Shown here in pieces: positions 37,501 to 45,078 of a DNA stretch of 45,078 nt. The position numbers and the translations under genes were made by a program. How positions within the stretch are numbered: position 1 is the stretch's first letter; every line of letters begins with the position of its first letter. The notes beneath the pieces were generated by a model. That model made no database searches, was not told the DNA's origin, and was given only the letters and a program-made list of their open reading frames with translations. This DNA is from a virus (lineage: Duplodnaviria > Caudoviricetes), in IMG/VR virus record IMGVR_UViG_3300037461_001180, positions 1 to 45,078 of that record. One strand, 5' to 3'.

Positions 37501-40500
37501 GGCGCGGGCGGGGGAAGCCTGGATTTACGACAAGCTGGTGGGCGGCAACAATTATCTGGTCAGCGATTGGGTAGAGGCGTTGCGGGTGGCGCACCCGCAG
37601 TATCGCGGGCAGCCGTATCCGTCTGGCGATGAGCGGGTGGTGTTCAACGACGCCTTTGACCGGCTGATGGACGAGATCGAGTGGACCGACGACGGGCCGC
37701 GCATTAAGCAGGGGCAATCGCGCTTTGTGGTCGTTCTGCCGCCGGGAAATACCGTGGTGGGTTGGGCTGCGACCCGGGAAGCGGCGGAACAAATGCGCGA
37801 TGAAGCGCAGAAAAGGTATCCGGTACCCCACGAGATCCGCCAGGAATGGATTACGGGCGGCTGGGATGATAGTCCGTTGAAGGCGAAGGCGCGGGCGGGC
37901 GTCGAGAGGGTGCGCGATTTGCTGGCGGGGCTGAAGCAGCGGGCGCAAGACCTGGAAGCACAGACAGCGGCGGCGCAGGCGGCGGCGCAGGCGGCGAGCG
38001 AGGCGGAACGGCTGGAGCAGGAGCGGGCGGCCGAGGCGCGGCGGCGGGCGGAGTGGGAGGCGCTACAAGCTGAAAAGGCGCAGGCGGCAGCCCCGGCTGG
38101 CGGCGAATTGTCGCTGGATGATCTGTCGGCGCTGTTCGATGAGGCGGCGGCGGAGGTCGAGGAGGAGCAACAGGAGGCGGCGCGGGAGCCGGTGGTGGCT
38201 GAGTCCGCGACGGGGCCTGATGAGGCGACGGGGCCGGCCTTTGTCGATGATCCCAATGCGCCGGTGGTGGCGCTGGCGCGGCGGCTGGCCCAACGCACCT
38301 GGCAGGAGCCCCTGACCTGGCGCGAGCTGGGGGCGCTGGCGGATGAGGTGTTTGGCGGGACCAAGGCGGAGGGCAAGTACACGCCGAAGGATGCCTATGA
38401 TGCCGTGGAAATGGCGCTTAACCTGGTGATTATGAGCGATGAGGAACAGCACCAGGCCGTAAAAACGGGGGTGCAGCGGGCGGTGCAAGGCCCGAACGAG
38501 GTGTTTGGGCGGAACGGACTGCGGTTGTTGGCGGAACTGGACGCCATGATGCCGACGCAGACAAACCGCACAGAGGAGCAGGACGAGTTTCAGCAATTCT
38601 CGACGCCCCATACCCATGCCGCGCTGATGACGCGGGTGGCGAACTTACGGGCGGATGATGTGTTGCTGGAGCCGTCGGCGGGGTCGGGCAATCTGGCGAT
38701 GATGGCCAAGCGGGCGGGGGTGACTCAGATTCATGTCAATGAGCTGGCTCCGCGCCGGGCGGCGATCCTCAAAGCATTGGGCTTTACCAGCGTGTCGGTG
38801 GAGAACGCGGAGCAGATCAACAACATTCTGGGCCCGCGCGGGTTGAAGCCAACGGTGATTATCATGAACCCGCCCTTCTCGGCCTCGGCCGGGCGGCTGG
38901 CGGGGGCGCGGGACAACCGCATCGGCGCCCAGCATGTGGCGGAGGCCCTCAAGTTGCTGGCGCCGGGTGGGCGGGCGGTGATCTTGATGGGCAAGGGCTA
39001 TACCCGCGGCAACGCCCGGGTACGGGAGCATTGGGCCTGGTTGCTGAAGAATTACAACGTGCGGGCCAATCTGGGCCTGGATGGGTCCGAGTACAGGAAA
39101 TTTGGGACCAGCTTCGATAATCGGCTGGTGGTGATCGACAAAACCGGGCCGACGCCCATGCCGGAGGCTATCCTTAGTGGTGAAGGGCTGACGGTGGCGG
39201 AGGCGCTGCAATTACTGGAGGGTGTGCGTCATGATCGAGTCCATGTCGGGGACCGTTTCGGCCCTGAATCGGCAGGCGGGGCGGTTGCTGAGGCGGGAAG
39301 CCTCCCTGGGGCGCCACGGGGTGCCGCCGATGCTGCAACTGGCGCGGTGGGGGCTGGAGAATCTGGAGCTGTCGGGCCCCTGGGCGCGGACACAGGAGGA
39401 GATGGAGTCGCTGCTGCTGAACCTGGAACGGCGGGCGGCCAAAGACCCGGTGGGGGCGGTCGGCGCCCTGGCGTGGCTAGACGACCCAGAGGTCGGCCTG
39501 CAACCGCGCCAACTGGGACCGACGCTGGAGGACGCGGCGGGCCTGGTGCTGGAGCAGATGTACAGCCAGTTGGTGGCGCCGACGCCGGATTAACCGGGGC
39601 GGCGGCGGATAGTCTGGCGCACGCGGCGGCGGAGTTCGCCAAGCATGGGGTGGAGGGCATTACCGAGTCGCTGGCGGGGCTGGCGTCCTTGTTCGGCGGG
39701 GCAAATCGGCTGCGCTCCTTCCCGGGCGGTATCGACGAGGAGACTTATGCTCAGGCCAAACCGCACTTTGAGAAAGCGGCGGCGGCCTTCCTGGCGGCGG
39801 GCAATGATTTTAAGGAATTTTTCAAGGTCTTGATCCGGGCCTTTGGCCAGGGCATCAAGCCGTATGCCATGCGTTTTGCGCTGGAGTGGCAGGAAAGCAA
39901 GCCAACGGTGGACGCCTCTCCGGGCGATCAGACGCCCGCCAATGAGCCGGTTGAAGCGGAGGCGGTACCGGCGGGGCTGCCGCCGGTGTTGGGCGACAGC
40001 ATTTATGAGGGCTATAGCTCGCTGGCGCCATGGGCGGAGCAGTTCGGCGCCAAGCCGCATCCGGGGGCCCTGGTGGAGTCGGCGGCCATGGCGGCGGTGA
40101 CACCACCCGCGTTGACGATCAAGCTGGGGTTCCCCAAGGAGGTCTATAGCGAGGGTCGCTTGAGCGCGGCACAACTGGATGCGGTGGCTTATACCGAACA
40201 GGCGCATCAGCGCATCCTGCCCAACGGGGATCGCCAGGGGTTCTTTATCGGCGACGGGACCGGCGTGGGCAAGGGCCGCGAGGTGGCCGGCATTATCTGG
40301 CAGAACTGGCTGGCGGGGCGGCGCAAGGCGGTGTGGCTGTCGGTCAACAACGACCTGTTCAAGGACAGTAAAGAGTATCTGGAGGTGGTGGCGGGCGGCG
40401 ATCTGGGATTGTTCAATCTGGGCAAGACCAAGGCCGAGAAGCCTGTCGAGGTGAAGGAGGGGGTGGCGTTTGTCACCTATCCCATGCTGCGCTCGGCGGG

Positions 40501-43500
40501 GCAGGGAGAGCGCGACGAGACGGGGGCTAAAACCTCGGAGGGGAAACAGCGCATCGACCAGCTTATTGATTGGCTGGGAGCGGACTTCGACGGGGTGATT
40601 GCCTTCGATGAGTCCCATAACATGGGCAATGCCCTGTCGCAAAAAGGCAAGCGGGGCAAGACCAAGCCGTCGGCCCAGGCGCTGGCGGGGGTGGAGCTGC
40701 AACGGCGATTGCCCAAGGCGCGGGTGGTGTATGTCTCGGCGACGGGGGCAACGGAAGCGGCGAATCTGGGGTATCTGACCCGGCTGGGGCTGTGGGGCGA
40801 GGGGACGCCTTTCGCCAACGTGGTGTCCTTTGTGGCCAACGTGGCGAGTAGCGGCCTGGCGGCGATGGAGGTGGTGGCCAAGGACATGAAGGCGTTGGGG
40901 GTGTATCTGGCGCGGTCCTTGCCGTTCCATGAGGTGAGTTATGCCCAGATGGAGCACGCCCTGACCGCCGACCAGCGGGAGATGTATGACCTGCTGGCGC
41001 AGGTCTGGCAGATTGTGTTGCGAGACATCGGCGCGGCGCTGGGCACGACTAACCAAGGCGAGAATGGCATGGCCAAGGGTGCGGCCCTGGCGCAATTCTG
41101 GGGGGCGCAACAGCGGTTTTTCAATCAAACCCTGACCTCGTTGCAGATGCCGACTTTGCTGAACAGCGTCGAGGCGGACCTGGCGGCGGGGCGGGCGCCG
41201 ATTTTGCAGTTTGTCAATACCAATGAGGCGTCTCAGGAGCGGGCGGCGGCGCGGCTGGCGGCGGAAGGCCGCGACCTGGAAGAGATGGACATCACGCCCA
41301 AGCAAATTCTGTTGCAGTATTTGCAAAACTCTTTCCCTGTCAATCAATTCGAGGCATACACCGACGAGGATGGCAATGTCTCTTATGCCATCGTGAAGGA
41401 TTCCCAGGGGAACCCGGTGGAGAATGTCGAAGCAGTGGCGACGCGAGATGCGCTGCTGGACCGGGTGGCTCAGTTGCGGTTTCCGGATAATCCCATCGAC
41501 ATCCTGGTGGGCCATTTTGGCTCGGGGGCGGTGGCGGAGATCACGGGACGCAAGCGGCGTTTTGTGCGGGACCCCAAGACGGGTAAGGTCACCGAGGAAA
41601 AGCGCAACGACGCCTTGCGCGAGCGCGAGGTGGATGAGTTCCAGGGTGACAAGCGGCGCCTCCTGATCTTTTCGGATAAGGGGGGCACCGGCAAGTCTTA
41701 TCACGCGGACCTGGGGGTAAAGAATCAGCGGAAGCGGGTGCATTACGTGGTGCAGCCCGGGTGGCGGGCGGACAAGGCCATCCAGGGGTTGGGGCGGAGC
41801 CATCGCACCAATCAGGCCCAGGCCCCGCATGTGGTGCTGGTGATGACGGATTTGCGCGGGCATCGGCGCTTTGTGGCGTCGATTGCGCGGCGCATGGATC
41901 AACTGGGGGCTCTGACCAAGGGGCAGCGCAAGACCGGCGGGCAGGGGCTGTTTACCGAGGATATGAACCTGGAGTCCGATCTGGCGAAGGATGCGCTGGA
42001 GGTGTTGATTTACGACGTGATGGCGGGCGAGGTCCAAGGTATCACGCGGGACACCTTGACGCAGGCCATGGGGCTGGTGATTGAGTCCAAGGGGGCCGGT
42101 ACTCAGCGGGTGGCGGGGATGCCGACCATCCAGCAGTTCCTTAACCGGATTCTGGTGCTGGAGGTGGAACAACAGAATGGGTTGTTCGATGCCTTTAGCG
42201 AGCGGTTGACGCAGCAAACCGAGAAGGCGCGGGAGAACGGTACCCTGGATATGGGGCTGGAGAATATTCGCGCGGCCAAGGTGGTGAAGGTGAGCGAGCG
42301 GGAGGTTTACACCCATCCACGGACGGGGGCGACGACGCGGCTGGTGGAGTTGGCCTTGACCAATTCGGTTTCGCTGTGGCCGTTCGATGGTGTGATGCAG
42401 GCGATGCAGGCGCGGGGGGTAACACCCTTCTTTGCGCGCAATCGACGCAGTGGCCAGGTGTGGGCCTTTACGCCCGGGCCGGATAGTACGGATCGGTTCG
42501 GCCTGGTTACGCAAAACTGGCGGCGATGGGGGGTTAAGGCGGGCCAGTCAACGCGGGTTAAGCGGGATGAAACCGGCGATCCCCAGCGGGGGCAGGCAGA
42601 TAATCAAAAGGCGCGATGGGAGTTTCTTGACCTGGCGACGGCCAGCAGGTTGTGGGATGAGCAGGTGGCGGCGGCGCCTAAAGAGGAGACGGAGAGCACG
42701 CATCTGTTGACGGGGGTGCTGTTGCCGATCTGGGATCGCCTGAGCGACATGGGGCAAGTGCGGGTAATGCGGGCCTTGACAGATGAGGGCGAAACGCACC
42801 TCGGCCGGCTGGTGGACCCGAACAAGGTGGATCAGGTGTTGCTGCGCTTGACGGGTAGCAGTCGCACGGCGGGGATGACGCCCCAGGCAATCTTCGAGGC
42901 GGTGTTGGAGCGGCGGGCGACGGCGGTGCTGGCCAATAACTGGCGGCTGGCGCATCGGCGGGTGGCGAATAATCCGCGCATCGAGCTGACGGGGGCCATC
43001 GACTACAACGAAGGGCAGTTGCTGAAAGCGCAGGGGGTGATCTTCGAGCGTATCGGATATGAAGGGCGGTACTTCATCCCTACTGATCCGACTGCGGGAC
43101 TAGCGGTGCTGGAGCGGGTGTTGGAGAATCGGCCCGTGATCGAACTGGTCGGCGGGACTGAGGATGCGGCGGCGTTTAGCAAGACCGCGGCCGGGGGTTC
43201 GAGCGCAGGGACCTCGGTGACGGCGGTCAGGCAGGCGGTGGCGCGGGCGATGCGGCCGTGGGCCAATGCGCCTGGGGTGGTGGTGTTCTCTGGCATGACT
43301 GATCCCCAGGTGGATGCCAGGGTGCGGCAGGCTTATCAGGAGGAGTCGGCGCGGCGGAAGGCGGAGGACCCGCGGGCGGCGCCTGATCTGGTGGAGGGCT
43401 TCTACTTCCGGGGCAAGGTCTATGTCAATGCGCAGGCGGTGCGCGATGTGGCGGGCCTGGAGCGGGTGGTGCGGCATGAGACGCTGGGCCATGCGGGGTT

Positions 43501-45078
43501 GCGGGGGTTGTTTGGCGGGCCGGAGCTGGAGGCGCTGCTGGATCGCGTCGCAACGGCACGGCGGGCGGCGGTGGCGGCGATGGCGAAGGAGCGGGGCCTG
43601 GATATGGGGGATCGGACCCAGCGGCGCCAGGCGGCGGAGGAGGTGCTGGCGGAGCTGGCGCAGACGCGGCCGGAGATCGGCTGGGTGCGTGAGTTGCTGG
43701 CGCTGATTAAGGCGAAGTTGCGGGAGTGGGGGGTGCTGGGGGCCGATAAGCTGTCGGATGAGGAGATTCTGCGGGAGTATGTGATTCCAGCGCGGAATTT
43801 CATTGAGCGGGGGCGGGCGGCCGAGGGCGGAGTGCCGGGGGCGGCGGTGGCGTTTGCGAAGGGAGAGCCGGGGGCCAACCCCGCTACGGATAACATCGGC
43901 ACCTTTGATCCCGAGAACCCCGACATACGGTATAGCCTGGCCCGCGATGAGGCGGGGCCGATGGATCGTGGGCGGGATTTTGTGGCAAGTGTGAAGGAGA
44001 AGTGGGGGGATCGGTGGACGCAGGAGTTGCCGCGGTCGTTGGGGGCCTTGACGGTGCGGCAACTGGCGGAGGTGGGGGCGGTGCAGGTGCCGTTGCTCAA
44101 GGTCTATCACCGGATTCTCCTGGCGATGGAGACGCGGCGGAATGTGATGATGGAGGAGTCGGGGCGGCCGGCGGATGCGGTGGATAGTTGGGCGCGGTGG
44201 CGGGGGAATCGGCAGGAGGCGCGGGCGACGTTTGAACTGATGAACGACGCGACGGCGGCGCAGGTTGATCCGTCTGATTATCAGGTGTTGTCGATTCCGT
44301 TGCGGTTGGGGCCTCCCGGTGATCCGGTGCGCAACTGGGAGGCGACGGAGGCGAACGTCAAGGAGTTGCGCAAGCGGGCCAAGTTGTGGCGGCGGTCGAA
44401 GGTGACGCGGGAGCGGGAGTTGGCGGCCTATTACGACGCGGCGGCGGGCAAGTTGAATGTGGCGTTGCGGGCGGAGCGCAAGCGGCTGGGAGCTAAGGCG
44501 GACCTGGTGGCGCGCTGGGAGGCGCTGTCCGATGGGGCGCGGCATGTGGGGGCGAATGGCCGGCCGTTTGCGTCGGAGCAGGCGGCGCGGCAGGCGCTGG
44601 CGGCGCGGCGGTGGCCGAAGGGGACCACGGTGGTGGTCGAGGAGGTCGAGGGCGGCTGGGCGCTCCAGGAGTTGGGCGGGCGGCAGGTGTTCACGCGCTT
44701 CCGCGATCTGTACCAGAAGCGGTCGGGGGAGATGCTGGAGGCGTTGATTGCGCGCATCGAGAGTCTGAAGTCGCTGGATGAGGACGACAAGCGGACGCTG
44801 GCGGCGCGGATTCGGCGGGAGTTCGAGGCGCCGGTGGATGAGCTGGGCAATCCGCGGGTGGGGCCGTATTTCCCCTTCCAGCGGTTTGGCCGCTGGTATG
44901 TGTTTGGCAGACGCCAGGTGGAGGGCGGCGGCGAGCGGTGGGTGAAAGAGGATGGGACGCCTTTTGCCTCGCAGGAGACGGCGTGGGCGGCGTTGCGCAA
45001 GCGGCGGGATTTGGCGGGTGTCAATGCGCGGCCGGTGGAGCTGGAGGATGGCAGCGGCTGGGAGTTGCGCGAGGTCGG
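31556..45078 (+). CDS. Giant polyvalent DarB-like virion protein (over 4,500 aa, 3'-truncated): DarA_C-like, LPD1-like zincin, adenine MTase, strawberry-notch SF2 helicase, metallopeptidase, PLxRFG-like
   Basis: ATG 31556 with AGGA RBS; one frame holds YRYALVNRP...YDRPL (about 34574-34750), HEFIHALD (37139), QQFSTP/EPSAGSG/NPPF (38591-38878), GDGTGVGKG and DESH (40250-40618), QGLGRSHRTNQ (about 41780), HETLGH (43475) and PYFPFQRFG (about 44865). The track lists no ORF ending in this frame, consistent with no stop before the window end. Confidence 0.9.
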   Translation, partial: MARSWQEILESPQFQALDPRKQESLRNEYFRFVVAPSVATDDLDTVRAAFDEETGPRDERRWGETLADTGLQLAEGTLNVVGAPVSLLAPDSGAAAGLEGAGEWLRSQQSLVLRNKQRAADAAVAAAGEEGFWPQLWTGLKEYGGDPALAARLMTTTLPSMVPVLGAGRLAQMGSLARSARAAGVAQDALEGAAKVDALRRAQTAALAAAGGTNAVLNAGGARQEAYADVRQTLIDQGVDPAEAERIAVGESRTPALVGGVAGFLSGRMGVESALALRALGQGGWRAGLAAAGTETLGEQIEELAPQATTNVVAGQYDNRPWTQDLGQTAAMTMIGAAPGTVLAGAAAGIAPRGTLARAAEAGGQADANGLPVQPAPSAGEVIQQQQEQGRQQQEAQRQAVEQQRRDALAAEKVAQAAEKTRQAQLKTQQQQAEMERKLREEGTGTAPVVGGAPWANAPEEVLLALDEERARQLASQGQDEEMADEPSPADFLRQTWGVAGPGPEAAAVTPVEPVRGAPEGPRPNDDVWADAPDLVDEIEREDGQWRVTRRPSRDGRWDLYEDIDPDGVSVNQEVWPRQADVPPPITATEEARDGQETLPGLAQAPAAQPAAEVTGVRSVIAGEEAPEPAPGKPTRPIDLAAMGLPGPDAGLGMAGQGEGAPGLRRQMKGLGALGLPAADAGLRTAAAGAGAPEMKGRAPDAVPQGIAPEQPALVEPSKLAQSLETFAKEADARAADWESRAYKDNKSKIQFEGDGPVRDGEMSIGAINAGRRQKAIAGARQEAAGLRKVAEMPEDQLQEKYDQLRSAVELNGKGARDQGLETIEQQMQRVINSVFGFEPYEGPASPAAKIMSLLDPQWQQRKTEADERARTIPQEAWEVELFGDDPNRQPPVSGELQAESEAVEQPAEAVTEGEKVVEPEPATVALADVVRRTDGKPFASQVNAERAAKARRLVETHEPVQVEGGWGLRAKAQQGPVEAGEAAPAPETPAASGVAGAVPGSGKAEYRYALVNRPAMLGGVPKGMTRVDPRPQEGQDHYALARHGVVVYDRPLSVEEQESYELAPVLDAAEQEALAVELANDMEDEYVKGALEMAADDPRFWEQAVAGDLERKFGRRGVSVGQGFNALVLEKLKGRAQAATKPSPAEAVEGKAEKARSPEETLAAVRRATLARMDVRLAAVRGARGEEGMEDTLRMVLRKAIGKTIAEEMGGLKDEPDADKRTEALKALGELTSSVKGADGLNPAIFTDDLVRDWAAQAVRDQKQRQADRAKAKVKAVTEPIGETAEEAVTEPVVDAGAREAERVRRLEAAEAVVRREALASRDVQQVALRVARGDEGMQETLRLELRRAIGDAINDEINRVVKEEPNTDEMMAVVESLAELTGNAPGANGLNLAIFTEEAMTAWAAQAVRDAQRVVRAERKAEHEQVILAAAGAAWKDSGFWQADPDEMVQGLERLFLVGWNHALEGGTGSNLETGPTLTDGRMRRVGYDAAVTWLGTDDGKAFATGGKARKMQGVGEQFKRRQDERKRRLDAVDLSQDDQVQTFLDALMDETERSGLFPLPEVGEGQASPGLWRYLMDMRGKVLPFKEWMGKMGYGGRGKYTLTPTEALARAAKEGQEQREHIRGLAAHYIDQVSALAEVFAGAKTVDEAAAALSRWARRGPVTAAVPQRAPTMEESSEAYKALLGYLQPRVRGSGVLARSVLRADPGGEGYVLPSFMPLGRRRDFYAGDEAKPVSVARNQVLKRPRFDRVERDGEDYRGGRQISAEELTTTFGLKGVTYGEGVTAKQRQDHTNYAFDAFMDLAKTLKIEPRHIGMGGKLTFAFGALGQGRHAAHYTPDNNGQGQAINLTNTRGDGAVAHEFIHALDWNLRPVVGGKVDGQVGVLKDMVAVLSYSIPSLEAIEKELDRFLSGKVQWQRGGRGATALDHATQYLNRTLYDLNNVIERGVSHDRWAGARATQFKSAADDLGKDYWGNPAELLARAGEAWIYDKLVGGNNYLVSDWVEALRVAHPQYRGQPYPSGDERVVFNDAFDRLMDEIEWTDDGPRIKQGQSRFVVVLPPGNTVVGWAATREAAEQMRDEAQKRYPVPHEIRQEWITGGWDDSPLKAKARAGVERVRDLLAGLKQRAQDLEAQTAAAQAAAQAASEAERLEQERAAEARRRAEWEALQAEKAQAAAPAGGELSLDDLSALFDEAAAEVEEEQQEAAREPVVAESATGPDEATGPAFVDDPNAPVVALARRLAQRTWQEPLTWRELGALADEVFGGTKAEGKYTPKDAYDAVEMALNLVIMSDEEQHQAVKTGVQRAVQGPNEVFGRNGLRLLAELDAMMPTQTNRTEEQDEFQQFSTPHTHAALMTRVANLRADDVLLEPSAGSGNLAMMAKRAGVTQIHVNELAPRRAAILKALGFTSVSVENAEQINNILGPRGLKPTVIIMNPPFSASAGRLAGARDNRIGAQHVAEALKLLAPGGRAVILMGKGYTRGNARVREHWAWLLKNYNVRANLGLDGSEYRKFGTSFDNRLVVIDKTGPTPMPEAILSGEGLTVAEALQLLEGVRHDRVHVGDRFGPESAGGAVAEAGSLPGAPRGAADAATGAVGAGESGAVGPLGADTGGDGVAAAEPGTAGGQRPGGGGRRPGVARRPRGRPATAPTGTDAGGRGGPGAGADVQPVGGADAGLTGAAADSLAHAAAEFAKHGVEGITESLAGLASLFGGANRLRSFPGGIDEETYAQAKPHFEKAAAAFLAAGNDFKEFFKVLIRAFGQGIKPYAMRFALEWQESKPTVDASPGDQTPANEPVEAEAVPAGLPPVLGDSIYEGYSSLAPWAEQFGAKPHPGALVESAAMAAVTPPALTIKLGFPKEVYSEGRLSAAQLDAVAYTEQAHQRILPNGDRQGFFIGDGTGVGKGREVAGIIWQNWLAGRRKAVWLSVNNDLFKDSKEYLEVVAGGDLGLFNLGKTKAEKPVEVKEGVAFVTYPMLRSAGQGERDETGAKTSEGKQRIDQLIDWLGADFDGVIAFDESHNMGNALSQKGKRGKTKPSAQALAGVELQRRLPKARVVYVSATGATEAANLGYLTRLGLWGEGTPFANVVSFVANVASSGLAAMEVVAKDMKALGVYLARSLPFHEVSYAQMEHALTADQREMYDLLAQVWQIVLRDIGAALGTTNQGENGMAKGAALAQFWGAQQRFFNQTLTSLQMPTLLNSVEADLAAGRAPILQFVNTNEASQERAAARLAAEGRDLEEMDITPKQILLQYLQNSFPVNQFEAYTDEDGNVSYAIVKDSQGNPVENVEAVATRDALLDRVAQLRFPDNPIDILVGHFGSGAVAEITGRKRRFVRDPKTGKVTEEKRNDALREREVDEFQGDKRRLLIFSDKGGTGKSYHADLGVKNQRKRVHYVVQPGWRADKAIQGLGRSHRTNQAQAPHVVLVMTDLRGHRRFVASIARRMDQLGALTKGQRKTGGQGLFTEDMNLESDLAKDALEVLIYDVMAGEVQGITRDTLTQAMGLVIESKGAGTQRVAGMPTIQQFLNRILVLEVEQQNGLFDAFSERLTQQTEKARENGTLDMGLENIRAAKVVKVSEREVYTHPRTGATTRLVELALTNSVSLWPFDGVMQAMQARGVTPFFARNRRSGQVWAFTPGPDSTDRFGLVTQNWRRWGVKAGQSTRVKRDETGDPQRGQADNQKARWEFLDLATASRLWDEQVAAAPKEETESTHLLTGVLLPIWDRLSDMGQVRVMRALTDEGETHLGRLVDPNKVDQVLLRLTGSSRTAGMTPQAIFEAVLERRATAVLANNWRLAHRRVANNPRIELTGAIDYNEGQLLKAQGVIFERIGYEGRYFIPTDPTAGLAVLERVLENRPVIELVGGTEDAAAFSKTAAGGSSAGTSVTAVRQAVARAMRPWANAPGVVVFSGMTDPQVDARVRQAYQEESARRKAEDPRAAPDLVEGFYFRGKVYVNAQAVRDVAGLERVVRHETLGHAGLRGLFGGPELEALLDRVATARRAAVAAMAKERGLDMGDRTQRRQAAEEVLAELAQTRPEIGWVRELLALIKAKLREWGVLGADKLSDEEILREYVIPARNFIERGRAAEGGVPGAAVAFAKGEPGANPATDNIGTFDPENPDIRYSLARDEAGPMDRGRDFVASVKEKWGDRWTQELPRSLGALTVRQLAEVGAVQVPLLKVYHRILLAMETRRNVMMEESGRPADAVDSWARWRGNRQEARATFELMNDATAAQVDPSDYQVLSIPLRLGPPGDPVRNWEATEANVKELRKRAKLWRRSKVTRERELAAYYDAAAGKLNVALRAERKRLGAKADLVARWEALSDGARHVGANGRPFASEQAARQALAARRWPKGTTVVVEEVEGGWALQELGGRQVFTRFRDLYQKRSGEMLEALIARIESLKSLDEDDKRTLAARIRREFEAPVDELGNPRVGPYFPFQRFGRWYVFGRRQVEGGGERWVKEDGTPFASQETAWAALRKRRDLAGVNARPVELEDGSGWELREV
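39231..39593 (+). CDS. Nested 120-aa gene in the +1 frame of the giant ORF
   Basis: GGAGGG RBS 8 nt before ATG; strongly G/C-ending codons and a globular Leu-rich sequence, while the host frame reads as a G/A/P/R low-complexity linker over the same span. Confidence 0.7.
   Translation: MIESMSGTVSALNRQAGRLLRREASLGRHGVPPMLQLARWGLENLELSGPWARTQEEMESLLLNLERRAAKDPVGAVGALAWLDDPEVGLQPRQLGPTLEDAAGLVLEQMYSQLVAPTPD

Larger units (their letters stand above)
1..45078 (+). mobile_element. Podovirus-type phage/prophage segment (Bcep22-like gene organisation), both ends outside the window
   Basis: Co-oriented terminase, portal, scaffold, capsid, tail, lysis and ejection genes. CsrA-like, PAPS-reductase-like, GNAT and giant DarB-like genes occur together, as described for Bcep22-like phages. 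No host housekeeping genes. Confidence 0.93.

Noticed and set aside
39590-42514. 974-aa minus-strand ORF, and other long antisense ORFs such as 11985-13244, 17844-19043, 34699-35841 and 43100-44545
   Set aside because: Shadow ORFs opposite motif-bearing plus-strand genes in high-GC DNA; R/P/H-rich with no recognisable motifs.
1-45078. Integrase, att sites, tRNA/rRNA, IS elements and host identity
   Set aside because: None recognisable; prophage versus free phage and the host taxon cannot be decided from this window.

Overview
The whole window is a contiguous, plus-strand segment of a podovirus-type phage or prophage whose gene set and order resemble the Bcep22-like (Lessievirus-type) phages. 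No host genes, integrase, att site, tRNA, rRNA or CRISPR array are visible, and both ends fall inside genes. Gene order: 5'-truncated primase/helicase-like protein, a likely iteron origin, a Mor/C-like HTH activator, a promoter-to-terminator moron of four small ORFs, TerS, TerL, P22-like portal, scaffold, CsrA-like protein, N4-gp56-type major capsid, adaptors, several tail fibre modules, a lysis cluster, tail tube B/nozzle, GNAT, a repeat-rich ejection protein, a PAPS-reductase-like protein, a lysozyme-bearing ejection protein, and a giant polyvalent DarB-like ORF (over 4,500 aa) that runs off the 3' end and is missing from the ORF track. Highlights: (1) a disarmed diversity-generating retroelement, with an intact CLec/FGE target, VR and GRNA hairpin, but a truncated avd and no TR or RT; (2) a well-supported 120-aa gene nested in the +1 frame of the giant ORF; (3) two mirror-image 12 x 11-aa repeat blocks in the ejection protein; (4) a CsrA-like gene directly upstream of a structured capsid leader with a GGA-loop hairpin; (5) a moron with anti-defence-like architecture. 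All family assignments come from motif recognition by eye, not from database searches.
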